64,000 bases of DNA, taken from Actinomycetota bacterium. GTDB lineage: Bacteria > Actinomycetota > Geothermincolia > Fen-727 > Anoxymicrobiaceae. The DNA lies in NCBI GenBank assembly GCA_018831265.1, contig JAHJCO010000041.1, positions 33,700 through 97,699 on the forward strand, given 5' to 3'. Shown in pieces: positions 25,520-33,511 of the stretch. The translations under genes were made by a program, and so were the position numbers. The number at the start of each line of letters is the position of its first letter. Position 1 is the first letter of the stretch. The notes beneath the pieces were generated by a model that was not told where the DNA came from, made no database searches, and saw only the letters and a program-made list of their open reading frames with translations.

Positions 25520-26523
25520 AAGATATCCCGGGCGGCTTCCAGGATGCGGGCGACGCTGGGGAGGGCCTCGTCCTCCAGGCGGCGGGCGTAGGGGATGGTG
25601 CCCTCGGTGCAGATCCGGGCGAAGCGGGCGTCCGTGCCTGACTCGGCGATTACGGCGGCGACCTCGCCAGAGAGGCCGAAAGCGCGGTAGTCCTCGTCAA
25701 CGACGACTACGCGGCGGCAGCGGCGCGCCGCCTCTGAGATCACGTCGGTGTCGAGCGGCCGGACGGAGCGCAGGTCTAGGACCGTGGACCGCACCCCTTC
25801 GGAGCCCAGGGCCGCGGCGGCCTCCAGGCAGCGGTGGACGCTCAGGCCGAGCGATATGAAGGCGATGTCGGAGCCGTTCCTGAGTGTCGCGGCCACGCCG
25901 AGTGGGACGGGCTGGACAGGCAGCGGGACGTCTCCATTGGCGCCGGCCGCCGGGACGTCGAACTCCACTCCTTCACGGTTTCCTATGCCCATGTAGTCGA
26001 GCCAGTAGTCGGCCAGCATCTTGTGCTCCAGGTAGACCACCGGACCATCTTCCTGAACTGCGGCGAGCATCAATCCTGCTGCATCCGCCGGGTTGGACGG
26101 CACGACCACGGAAAGCCCCGGGACACCCGCGAGCATCCTTCAGAGGCTCTGCTCGTGCTGTCCTCCGTCGCCGTACCCCGCGCCGCACGAGGAGCGCACC
26201 ACCATGGGGACCTTGAACCCGCCACCCGAGAACGTCTCTATCTTGGCCGCCTGGTTCAGCAGCGCGTCGAAGCACACCCCGATGAAGTCCACCAGCATTA
26301 TCTCGACGACCGGCCGCAGGCCCATCATCGCCGCGCCGACAGCGGTGCCCAGGAAGGCGGACTCGCTGATGGGGGTGTTTCGCACCCGCTTGCCGCCGAA
26401 CCGGACCAGCAGGTCGTTTCGCAGCAGTTCGACGTCCTCGCCGAATACGATGACCGTCTCGTCGGCCTCCATCGCGGCCGCGAGCCCGGCTGAGATCGCC
26501 TCGGCGAATGTCATTTCAGGCAT
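25516..26523 (-). pseudogene. 2-oxoacid (pyruvate/acetoin) dehydrogenase E1 component beta subunit, interrupted by one in-frame TGA (at 26140-26142)
   Basis: ORFs 26140..26523 (transketolase pyrimidine-binding part, ...GGQHEQSL*) and 25516..26136 (RMLAGVPGL..., transketolase C-terminal domain) share a frame. Together they give a normal ~334-aa E1 beta; the TGA falls where Glu is usual (QSL-E-A..PGLKVV). Confidence 0.7.
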
Positions 26524-27538
26524 CGGGCCACGCTCCCAGCGCCTCCAGGGCGTTCGCGACCGCCTCGTTGACCTCCGAGCGCGCCTGCTCCTCGAGCTTC
26601 ACCCTGGCCTCGACCTCCAACTGCCTGCCGGCAAGGTCCACCGGGTCGCGCCTGGTGTAGGTATCGATTCCGAGCCCGGCCAGGGTCGCGCCGATACCGC
26701 CGAGGCTCGCGGCACGAGTGGTCCAGCCTGCGCCCGGCTGCTTGACGGCCGCGCCGAGCAGAGGCTCGCTCATCTGCTTCATCTGCCCCACCGGGTCCTC
26801 GTAGATGCGAAGGACGGGGTCGCCCAGGAAGTGGCCGTCCAGGTGCACGCAACGGGCGTGGATGAAGAAAGGTCCCTCCCCGGCACGCGCGCGGGCGACC
26901 GGCCCCTCCGAGGCGCCCCAGACCTTCTCTACCCTCAGACCGTTCACCTTGACACCTGGAACCCCCAGCGAACGGGCCCGGTCCGCCAGGTTGCCCGCCG
27001 TCACCGAGCCCGAGCGGGTGGTTATCGACCAGCGGTTGTCCTTGCAGACAACGATTAGCGGAAGCTTCCAGACCGCGGCCAGGTTGAGTGCCTCCATGGC
27101 CATACCCTGGTTCATCGCGCCCTCACCGAGGAACGCGACGGCCACCTTGCCGGGACGAAGGTGCTGGGCCGCCAGCGCGAACCCCGCGCCGAGCGGGACG
27201 GACGAGCCCACTATCCCGGATGATGCGGCCAGGCGCGCCGGGCAGAACAGGTGCATGTGGCCGCCCATGCCGCCGCAGAGGCCCTTCGAGTCGCCAAGTA
27301 GCTCGAGGACGATACGGGTCATGTCCACGTTGCGCCCCACGAACGCGGGCGTAGAGCGGTGGTCTAGGGAGACGGAGTCGCCGTCGGTGAGGTGGTCGAG
27401 GACCCCGGCGATGACCGCCTCCTCGCCGGTGCCCAGGTGCATCTCTCCGGATATCAGCCCGCGCCGCCACAGGCTGGCTATCGCCAGCTCGAAGGCGCGC
27501 ATGCGGGCCATCTGGAAGTAGAGCTGCTCGAGGTCCAT
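26516..27538 (-). CDS. 2-oxoacid dehydrogenase E1 component alpha subunit (ThDP-binding)
   Basis: MDLEQLYFQMARMRAFE...GTGEEAV...GxGAxNQG. The start is set at MDLEQ (about 27538, +/-1 nt by my counting) because the ORF-table extension to 27754 runs through an intergenic repeat. Overlaps the E1 beta start (ATGCCTGA). Confidence 0.8.
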   Translation of the reverse strand: MDLEQLYFQMARMRAFELAIASLWRRGLISGEMHLGTGEEAVIAGVLDHLTDGDSVSLDHRSTPAFVGRNVDMTRIVLELLGDSKGLCGGMGGHMHLFCPARLAASSGIVGSSVPLGAGFALAAQHLRPGKVAVAFLGEGAMNQGMAMEALNLAAVWKLPLIVVCKDNRWSITTRSGSVTAGNLADRARSLGVPGVKVNGLRVEKVWGASEGPVARARAGEGPFFIHARCVHLDGHFLGDPVLRIYEDPVGQMKQMSEPLLGAAVKQPGAGWTTRAASLGGIGATLAGLGIDTYTRRDPVDLAGRQLEVEARVKLEEQARSEVNEAVANALEALGAWPDA

Positions 27539-27566
27539 AACGGTACTATACGGCGCGAGAGGGTGA

Positions 27567-27650
27567 CTGGGATAGGGGTCAGGCGGGAGTCTATTCATAG
27601 ACTCCGTGATTCGACTCCCGCCTGACCCCGGTTTGAGTCGGACGAACGGA
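27567..27650. repeat. 17-bp inverted repeat GGGGTCAGGCGGGAGTC ... GACTCCCGCCTGACCCC flanking 21 bp (member of the GGGGTCAGGC repeat family)
   Basis: Read directly; intergenic between E1 alpha and the DUF2769 gene. Confidence 0.7.
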
Positions 27651-27678
27651 TCATGCCCGAACCGTCGGCGTCTACGGG

Positions 27679-27900
27679 CTACTGCGCCGCTCCCATCTCG
27701 CAGTAGAAGGAGTCTCCCAGGCTGAACTCGCTGTATATCGGACAGGTCGCGCATACACAGCTGACCTTCTCGAACTCACAGGTCGCCTTGCCCTTGGCAC
27801 AGAAGAACCCTTCCATCTTCTCCTTCATGCACTGGTTGTGGGTCGGACACGTCATGCAGATGCACTTCATCATGTTTTCCTGGGTGTCAGGTACGGGCAT
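27679..27900 (-). CDS. small cysteine-rich protein, DUF2769-like
   Basis: 73 aa with 12 Cys in the pattern MMKCICMTCP...C..E..FC..GK..C......C.CATCP...E....FYCE, which matches my recollection of DUF2769. Confidence 0.55.
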   Translation of the reverse strand: MPVPDTQENMMKCICMTCPTHNQCMKEKMEGFFCAKGKATCEFEKVSCVCATCPIYSEFSLGDSFYCEMGAAQ

Positions 27901-28041
27901 GTGTCACCTCCGTTAACGGGCTTCCAGGGTAAGGAAGCGGGTAACACTAGACTACGTCCGAAGCGTCATGATTCCTGCGCGCCGGCCTCAGGTTCGATCC
28001 ACCGAGATTGTGAATTGAATCGTGCCTGACCCCGGTTTTAG

Positions 28042-28836
28042 TCAGGCGACGTCCCTGCGCTGGAAGGCCCACAGGGCTCCCGCGAAGCAGGCCAGGCCGA
28101 ACAGGCAGGGCACGAGCACGTTCCTGGCGGGCAGGCTGGACTTCTGCAGCACCTCGAGCGGCTGGTAGTACTTGAAGATGCTGACCCACCCGATGAACTC
28201 TACGCTCTTCCAGTAGGACGCCGCGAAGTTCACGAGGTAGAAGAGCAGGGTCAGCCCCGCCGCTGCCATAGCCGCCGCGCCCGGGTCCTTGAGCAGGGCC
28301 GAGAACAGCATCGAGTAGCCGGCGATGGCGATCATCAGGGAGACTGCGGGCAGGATAAAGATAGCGAAGCGCCCGTAGTCGGAGCCAACCCCGAAGACGG
28401 CCGCCCAGCCGATGAGGCTACCTACCGTCACCAGCACGAACCCCACGATCGCGGCGAGCAGGAGGCCGGCCTGCACGCTCATCAGCCGCCATCGCTGGAC
28501 CGGCTGCGATAGTAGGAACTCCAGGGTCCCGTCCTTGAGCTCGCCTGCGACCATGCGCCTTGCCATGGCGATGACGAACGCCGCGACCAGTATCACCCAC
28601 ATGAGGCTCAGGAACTGTAGCGTTACGTAGTTGTTGAACGTGTCCAGGTTGAAGCTGCTGACCCCGAAGAGCTTGACGAAAGCCTTCGGCATCTGTTTCG
28701 CGTAGTCCGTCTTCATCTTGCCGACGGTCGGGTAGATGGCCGCTAGCAGCAGAGAGTACAGGACGATCACGCCGGCGAATATCGCGGCCATCCGCCAGCG
28801 TTCCTTGAGCGTCTTGAGGACGAGGCTCCAGGTCAA
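28042..28836 (-). CDS. ABC-2 type transporter permease
   Basis: 264 aa, 6 TM helices. Translationally coupled (4-nt overlap) to the upstream ATPase. Confidence 0.7.
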   Translation of the reverse strand: MTWSLVLKTLKERWRMAAIFAGVIVLYSLLLAAIYPTVGKMKTDYAKQMPKAFVKLFGVSSFNLDTFNNYVTLQFLSLMWVILVAAFVIAMARRMVAGELKDGTLEFLLSQPVQRWRLMSVQAGLLLAAIVGFVLVTVGSLIGWAAVFGVGSDYGRFAIFILPAVSLMIAIAGYSMLFSALLKDPGAAAMAAAGLTLLFYLVNFAASYWKSVEFIGWVSIFKYYQPLEVLQKSSLPARNVLVPCLFGLACFAGALWAFQRRDVA

Positions 28837-29732
28837 CGCGTCTCGCCCCCCTCCCGGCCGTAGAACTCCAGGAAGGCGTCCTCCAGGCTCGCGTGCCCTA
28901 TACTCAGGTCGAGCAGCTCCCTGCCGGTCAGGACCCCGAGCAGCGAGTTGAGGTCACCGCGGAACTTGAGCTGTATCCGGTTGCCGGCGCGCTCGAAGCC
29001 GCTGACCCCCTCGACGCGGTCGATGCCGTCCGGCGGGTCGGCGGCGTAGATGACCTCCACGTTGCGCAGGTGCTTGCCGCGGAGGTCCTCGATGCGCTCG
29101 GTACCCACCAGGGTACCCGCCCTGATGATGCCGACCCGGTCGGCCAGCCGCTCGACCTCGGGGAGGTTGTGTGACGAGAACAGGACCGTGGTGCCGCCCT
29201 CACGCCGCTCGTTGAGTATCTCGTAGAGGACGTGCTGGGTGATCGGGTCGAGCCCGTTGGTGGGCTCGTCCATTATAAGCAGCGGGGGGTCCTTCATGAG
29301 GGCGAGAACGATGGCCAGCTTCTGCTTCATGCCCCGTGAGTAGCCCTCCACTTTGCGGTCAAGGTCCAGCTCCAGGCGCGCGGCCAGCGCGCGGCCGGAA
29401 GCCTCCCGGCCGCCGTCGAAGCTGTCCACAAAGCGCACCAACTCTTCCCCGGTCATGCGCGGGTAGAGGGCAGGCTCGCCGGGCAGGTACCCCACCAGCC
29501 GCTTGACATCGACGCTCTTCTGCCAGGCGTCCAATCCCTTGACCGAGGCGCTGCCGCGGTTGGGCTTGAGCATCCCCATGATGAGGCGGATGGTGGTGGT
29601 CTTGCCCGCGCCGTTGGGGCCGAGGAAGCCGAACAGCTCGCCCTGGAAGACCTCCAGGTCGAGGTCCTGGACCCCGACGACCTTCCCGTAGTATTTGGTC
29701 AGGCCCTCGGTATGTATGACTGTCTCTGGCAT
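28833..29732 (-). CDS. ABC transporter ATP-binding protein
   Basis: Walker A GPNGAGKTT, signature YSRGMKQKLAIV and Walker B LLIMDEPTNGLD. Start set to ATG 29732 (MPETVIHTEGL...); the ORF table extends further upstream. Confidence 0.9.
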   Translation of the reverse strand: MPETVIHTEGLTKYYGKVVGVQDLDLEVFQGELFGFLGPNGAGKTTTIRLIMGMLKPNRGSASVKGLDAWQKSVDVKRLVGYLPGEPALYPRMTGEELVRFVDSFDGGREASGRALAARLELDLDRKVEGYSRGMKQKLAIVLALMKDPPLLIMDEPTNGLDPITQHVLYEILNERREGGTTVLFSSHNLPEVERLADRVGIIRAGTLVGTERIEDLRGKHLRNVEVIYAADPPDGIDRVEGVSGFERAGNRIQLKFRGDLNSLLGVLTGRELLDLSIGHASLEDAFLEFYGREGGETR

Positions 29733-29824
29733 GCCCCTGAGCCTATCAGATTTTCGCATCGGGGTCAGACGCCGATGCGGAAGGCGGTCTCGAAACGTCA
29801 TACTGTTGGTGGAGGTAGAGAAGA

Positions 29825-30730
29825 GTGATTGTATCGGCGAGCTACCGCACCGACATACCGGCCTACTACGGCGAGTGGTTCATTAACAGGCTGGCCGCCG
29901 GGTACTGCATGGTCGCCAACCCGTACGGCGGGCGGCCGTACCGGGTGCCCCTGCGAAGGGAGGAAGGTGTCGAGGCGTTCGTCTTCTGGACCAGGGACCC
30001 GGAGCCGTTCATCGACTGCCTGCGGGTCGTGGCCCGTGAGCACGGTTTCCCGTTCGTCGTCCAATACACAATCATCCCGTACCCCGAGGCGCTGGACCGT
30101 GAGGTCACCGACCCCGAGCGCGCCGCCGCCTGCGTGCACCTCCTGCGCGACGAGTACGGACCGAGGGCCATGGTCTGGCGCTACGATCCCATCGTCTTCT
30201 CGTCGCTCACCCCTCCGGAGTGGCACCTGGAGCGCTTCGAGACCCTGGCCTCTTCGCTGGAGGGCGCAACAGACGAGGTGGTCGTCTCGTTCGCGCAGGT
30301 GTACCGCAAGACCGAGCGCAACCTGGACGCGGCCGCCCGCGAGCACGGCTTCACCTGGGAGGACCCGCCCGACGATGCGAAGCGGCGATTTCTCCTCGAG
30401 CTTTCCAGCACCGCCTCCGGACACGGGATGCGCCTCAGTATCTGCGCCCAGCCCCGGCTACTGGCCCAGGGAGTCGAACCCGCCTCATGTATAAACCCTG
30501 GGCGGCTCGGGGACGTGGCCCGCCACCTTGGCATCGAGCCCGCGACCGTTCGCGCCAGGCGAAAGCCTCACCGCGAGGACTGCGGCTGCTGGGAGAGCCG
30601 CGACATAGGCGCCTACCACACCTGCCCCCACGGCTGCACCTACTGCTACGCGGTGAACGACCGGGAGCGGGCTGCCCACCGTTTCGCCGCCCACGACCCG
30701 GAAGGCGAGTTCCTCCTGCCTCCAGGCTGA
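29825..30730 (+). CDS. DUF1848-family protein (C-terminal Cys cluster)
   Basis: The N-terminus MIVSASYRTDIPAYYGEWFINRL matches my recollection of DUF1848 N-termini. C-terminal CGCW...CPHGCTYCYA. GTG start with GGAGG 9 nt upstream. Confidence 0.55.
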   Translation: MIVSASYRTDIPAYYGEWFINRLAAGYCMVANPYGGRPYRVPLRREEGVEAFVFWTRDPEPFIDCLRVVAREHGFPFVVQYTIIPYPEALDREVTDPERAAACVHLLRDEYGPRAMVWRYDPIVFSSLTPPEWHLERFETLASSLEGATDEVVVSFAQVYRKTERNLDAAAREHGFTWEDPPDDAKRRFLLELSSTASGHGMRLSICAQPRLLAQGVEPASCINPGRLGDVARHLGIEPATVRARRKPHREDCGCWESRDIGAYHTCPHGCTYCYAVNDRERAAHRFAAHDPEGEFLLPPG

Positions 30731-30838
30731 TTCAACATCAATAGCACCACCGATGTGGCCGCTGATTTGACCTTGACTAATAATAACGTTAATATGTCAT
30801 TATTATTGCATAATATTGACATGCTAAGGATAGTGATA

Positions 30839-32131
30839 ATGGACCTAATCACGTTCAATCCCTGGTGGAGGGACGGCAGGGTGTCTGCGGCTCTCGTTGG
30901 CAGGAAACGGCGGTTGCTGGCCGGGCTCTCGGAATATATGGGCCTGCGGCAGATGCTCATCCTCTACGGCCTGCGGCGGGTCGGTAAGACGACCACCATG
31001 TTCCAGTTGATCGATGGCCTCCTGGAGCGCGAAGAGGCAGATCCGTACCACATCCTCTACTTCTCTTTCGACGAAGAGAAGGCCGATATCAAGGAGATTC
31101 TGGCGGCTTACGAGAGGCAGATCATCAGAGAAGACCTGCCCCGCGACAGGAAGACCTACCTGTTCCTCGACGAGGTGCAGAAGCTCGACGACTGGCCGGA
31201 CAAGGTCAAAGTCATCTATGACATGTACCCCAGCGTGAAGCTCTGCCTCTCGGGTTCGGCCGCCATAGCCATCACCAAAGGGGTGAAGGAAAGCCTGGCG
31301 GGAAGGTTCTTCGAGACCATGATCGAACCCCTCGACTTCGACGAATACCTGGAGTTCTCAGGGGATGACATCGACCGCGAGCAGGAGAGGGTCTTTGAGC
31401 TGCGAATACGCCGCAGGTTCGAGGAGTTCATGGCGAACGGGGGCTTCATCGAGGCGCTGGAGCTTTCCGATTCCCACAGAAACAGGTACTTCAAGGAGGG
31501 CCTTCTAGAAAGAGTCATCTACCGCGACCTGCCGGACAGCTTCCATATCAACGCGCCCGACCTTCTGTACAGGTGCATGCGCGTCTGCGCCGAGAAGCCG
31601 GGTATGCTCCTCGACTACAGTAGCCTGGGGCGGGACCTCGGTCACGACCAGCGGACCATTGCAGCATACTTCTCTCACCTCGAATACGCTCTGCTGGCGA
31701 ACAAGCTCTACAATTACTCGCCCAATCTCCTCACGAGCGAGAAGAAGATGAAGAAGGTCTATCTATCGAGTACGGCGTTCAGCGTAGCGCTCTCCCCGCC
31801 GGTCGGCCGCCCGGAGCTTATCGAGCAGTTCTTCGCGAACGTCCTCAAGGCCCGGTTCTTCTCGAGGACCCCCCAGAGGGACGAGGTGGACCTGGTCCTG
31901 TCAGGCGATGGGGAGGTGGTCCCGATCGAGGTCAAGATCAGGTCCGAAGTGAAGAAGCGGGACGCCACGCCCCTGTTCAAGTTCCTGCACAGGTACAAAG
32001 CCGCCAGGGGGTACATGATCTCGGACGGTACCGAGACCGTGTTCTCGGATGGCGAGAAGGAGGTAGAGGTCATTCCCTACTGGATGTACTGGACGTTGAT
32101 GGACAGACTTGGTGGTATTCTCGACAGGTGA
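30839..32131 (+). CDS. AAA+ ATPase (AAA_14-like) fused to a DUF4143/PD-(D/E)xK-like C-terminal domain
   Basis: Walker A GLRRVGKTT and Walker B LFLDEVQ. C-terminal EVDLVL...VVPIEVK looks like a D...ExK nuclease motif. Start is ATG 30839 with AAGGA upstream. The gene and its upstream region are markedly AT-rich relative to the window. Confidence 0.8.
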   Translation: MDLITFNPWWRDGRVSAALVGRKRRLLAGLSEYMGLRQMLILYGLRRVGKTTTMFQLIDGLLEREEADPYHILYFSFDEEKADIKEILAAYERQIIREDLPRDRKTYLFLDEVQKLDDWPDKVKVIYDMYPSVKLCLSGSAAIAITKGVKESLAGRFFETMIEPLDFDEYLEFSGDDIDREQERVFELRIRRRFEEFMANGGFIEALELSDSHRNRYFKEGLLERVIYRDLPDSFHINAPDLLYRCMRVCAEKPGMLLDYSSLGRDLGHDQRTIAAYFSHLEYALLANKLYNYSPNLLTSEKKMKKVYLSSTAFSVALSPPVGRPELIEQFFANVLKARFFSRTPQRDEVDLVLSGDGEVVPIEVKIRSEVKKRDATPLFKFLHRYKAARGYMISDGTETVFSDGEKEVEVIPYWMYWTLMDRLGGILDR

Positions 32132-32275
32132 CAGGACATCGGTTATTCGATGACGGTTTTTTCAGGAGGGCAGAACCCTTGGACTCTGTTCAACCGGCTA
32201 GCTTGTTATCGGGTCTTTCGTAACTGAACCGAGCTCGGTGAATACCGTTGGTAGTCTGCCGCAGAATGTAGCCAG

Positions 32276-32842
32276 CTACTGTGCAGGTCTGCGTATCACT
32301 GCCCTCTCGGCATATTCCACTGTAGGCTCGGCCTCAAATTCCTCGATAGCCTGGTCCTCGTCCTTGCCTTCTGTCAGATGTACCGAGACGCCAAACCTAT
32401 CAGCACCAGTTCCAATGTTCCAGATACATGTCACAGAAGCCTGGTGCCTCGCCACGACCTCGCGAGCGGTCTCTTCAGATACGCCTTCTTTGAATTGGAC
32501 GATCACTTCCCCCTCCTGAAAATCACCTTCCGGCGTCGTGGTCGGAGGCGCAGGGGTCGTCTCAGGTGTCGTAGGAACCGTATCTACAGTTGGGGGAACG
32601 TCTTCTGAGGCCTGGGGCTCTTCCGCCTGGCCGCTAGTTGACTCGTCGCCCTGCGCGCTATTACTGGTGGAAGGGAGAGAAGTTGGGAGAGACGGCAACG
32701 AGAAAGATAGGCCGCCTCCGGATTCCTTCTTGTCGGAAGGCTTGACCTGGCTGCAGCCACCGATGATTAAGCTAATCGCCAAGAGCGCGAATGCAATGCA
32801 CACACATATGACCGAAGTAGACTTCTTTTGCCACATCCTCAT
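32276..32842 (-). CDS. lipoprotein with low-complexity Pro/Thr linker and a C-terminal peptidase-inhibitor-I9 (subtilisin propeptide)-like domain
   Basis: Lipobox LIIGGCS. C-terminus GEVIVQFKEGVSEETAREVVARHQASV...DEDQAIEEFEAEPTVEYAE resembles I9 prodomains. Lower GC than surrounding genes. Confidence 0.5.
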   Translation of the reverse strand: MRMWQKKSTSVICVCIAFALLAISLIIGGCSQVKPSDKKESGGGLSFSLPSLPTSLPSTSNSAQGDESTSGQAEEPQASEDVPPTVDTVPTTPETTPAPPTTTPEGDFQEGEVIVQFKEGVSEETAREVVARHQASVTCIWNIGTGADRFGVSVHLTEGKDEDQAIEEFEAEPTVEYAERAVIRRPAQ

Positions 32843-33061
32843 TGAGGCATTCTCCCCGTTTGCTCGAGGTTACTATAAAGCACGTTACAGGCCCGGTCCA
32901 ACTCGTACCACGCTTGTCGGCCCACGACCCTGAGTGAGTTCATCCTGCCTCCTCCTTGGCAGGCGTGACCTGGTCTCTTTGATTCATTTGCTTCCTTCCG
33001 TGTTACAGTTGCTTGATATGCTTGATCAGTTGCTTCAGCGAGGAAGGATTGGACGAGAGCG

Positions 33062-33256
33062 TTGAAGGTGCGTGATATCATCAGGATACTTGAAAAGGAC
33101 GGGTGGTTTCTGGTGACGACCAGGGGAAGTCATCGACAGTACAAGCATCAGATGAAGCCGGGCAGGGTTACGATAGCCGGTCACTTGAACGACGATCTGT
33201 CTCCGGGCACATTGGACAGCATATACAAGCAGGCGGGCTTGAAGGAGAGCCGATAG
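33062..33256 (+). CDS. hicA: HicA-family toxin (mRNA interferase)
   Basis: 64 aa; ...ILEKDGWFLVTTRGSHRQYKH...GRVTIAGH...LSPGTLDSIYKQAGL fits HicA/YcfA. Confidence 0.8.
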   Translation: MKVRDIIRILEKDGWFLVTTRGSHRQYKHQMKPGRVTIAGHLNDDLSPGTLDSIYKQAGLKESR

Positions 33257-33257
33257 G

Positions 33258-33485
33258 ATGTTCCGCTTTCTAGTCGTGATCGAGAAGGCAAACGGGAACT
33301 ACTCCGCATATTCTCCGGACCTGCCCGGATGCGTAGCATCCGGGGCGACCGTGAAAGAGGCGGAACGAAATATGCACGAGGCGATCGAGCTCCACGTGAA
33401 GGGGCTGATCGAAGACGGCCAGCCGGTTCCCGTCTCCGAATCCTTCGCGGAGTATTTCGCCATACCGGAGGATATCGCGCAGTAG
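33258..33485 (+). CDS. hicB: HicB-family antitoxin (UPF0150)
   Basis: 75 aa; ...VIEKANGNYSAYSPDLPGCVASGATVKEAERNMHEAIELHV is the HicB N-domain. Separated by 1 nt from hicA. Confidence 0.75.
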   Translation: MFRFLVVIEKANGNYSAYSPDLPGCVASGATVKEAERNMHEAIELHVKGLIEDGQPVPVSESFAEYFAIPEDIAQ

Positions 33486-33511
33486 TGTCCCATTGACCAC
33501 CCGGAGGTCTC

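Noticed and set aside
26140-26142. Genome-wide TGA reassignment (code 4/25) as the explanation for the E1 beta in-frame TGA
   Set aside because: Other long genes terminate at TGA and are not fragmented, and the GC content is far from that of known TGA-recoding lineages. A local nonsense mutation or sequencing error is more parsimonious.
27970-28005. GGTTCGATCC motif resembling a tRNA T-arm
   Set aside because: The flanking sequence cannot be folded into an acceptor/D/anticodon cloverleaf. The segment is part of the GGGGTCAGGCAC intergenic repeat (reverse orientation).
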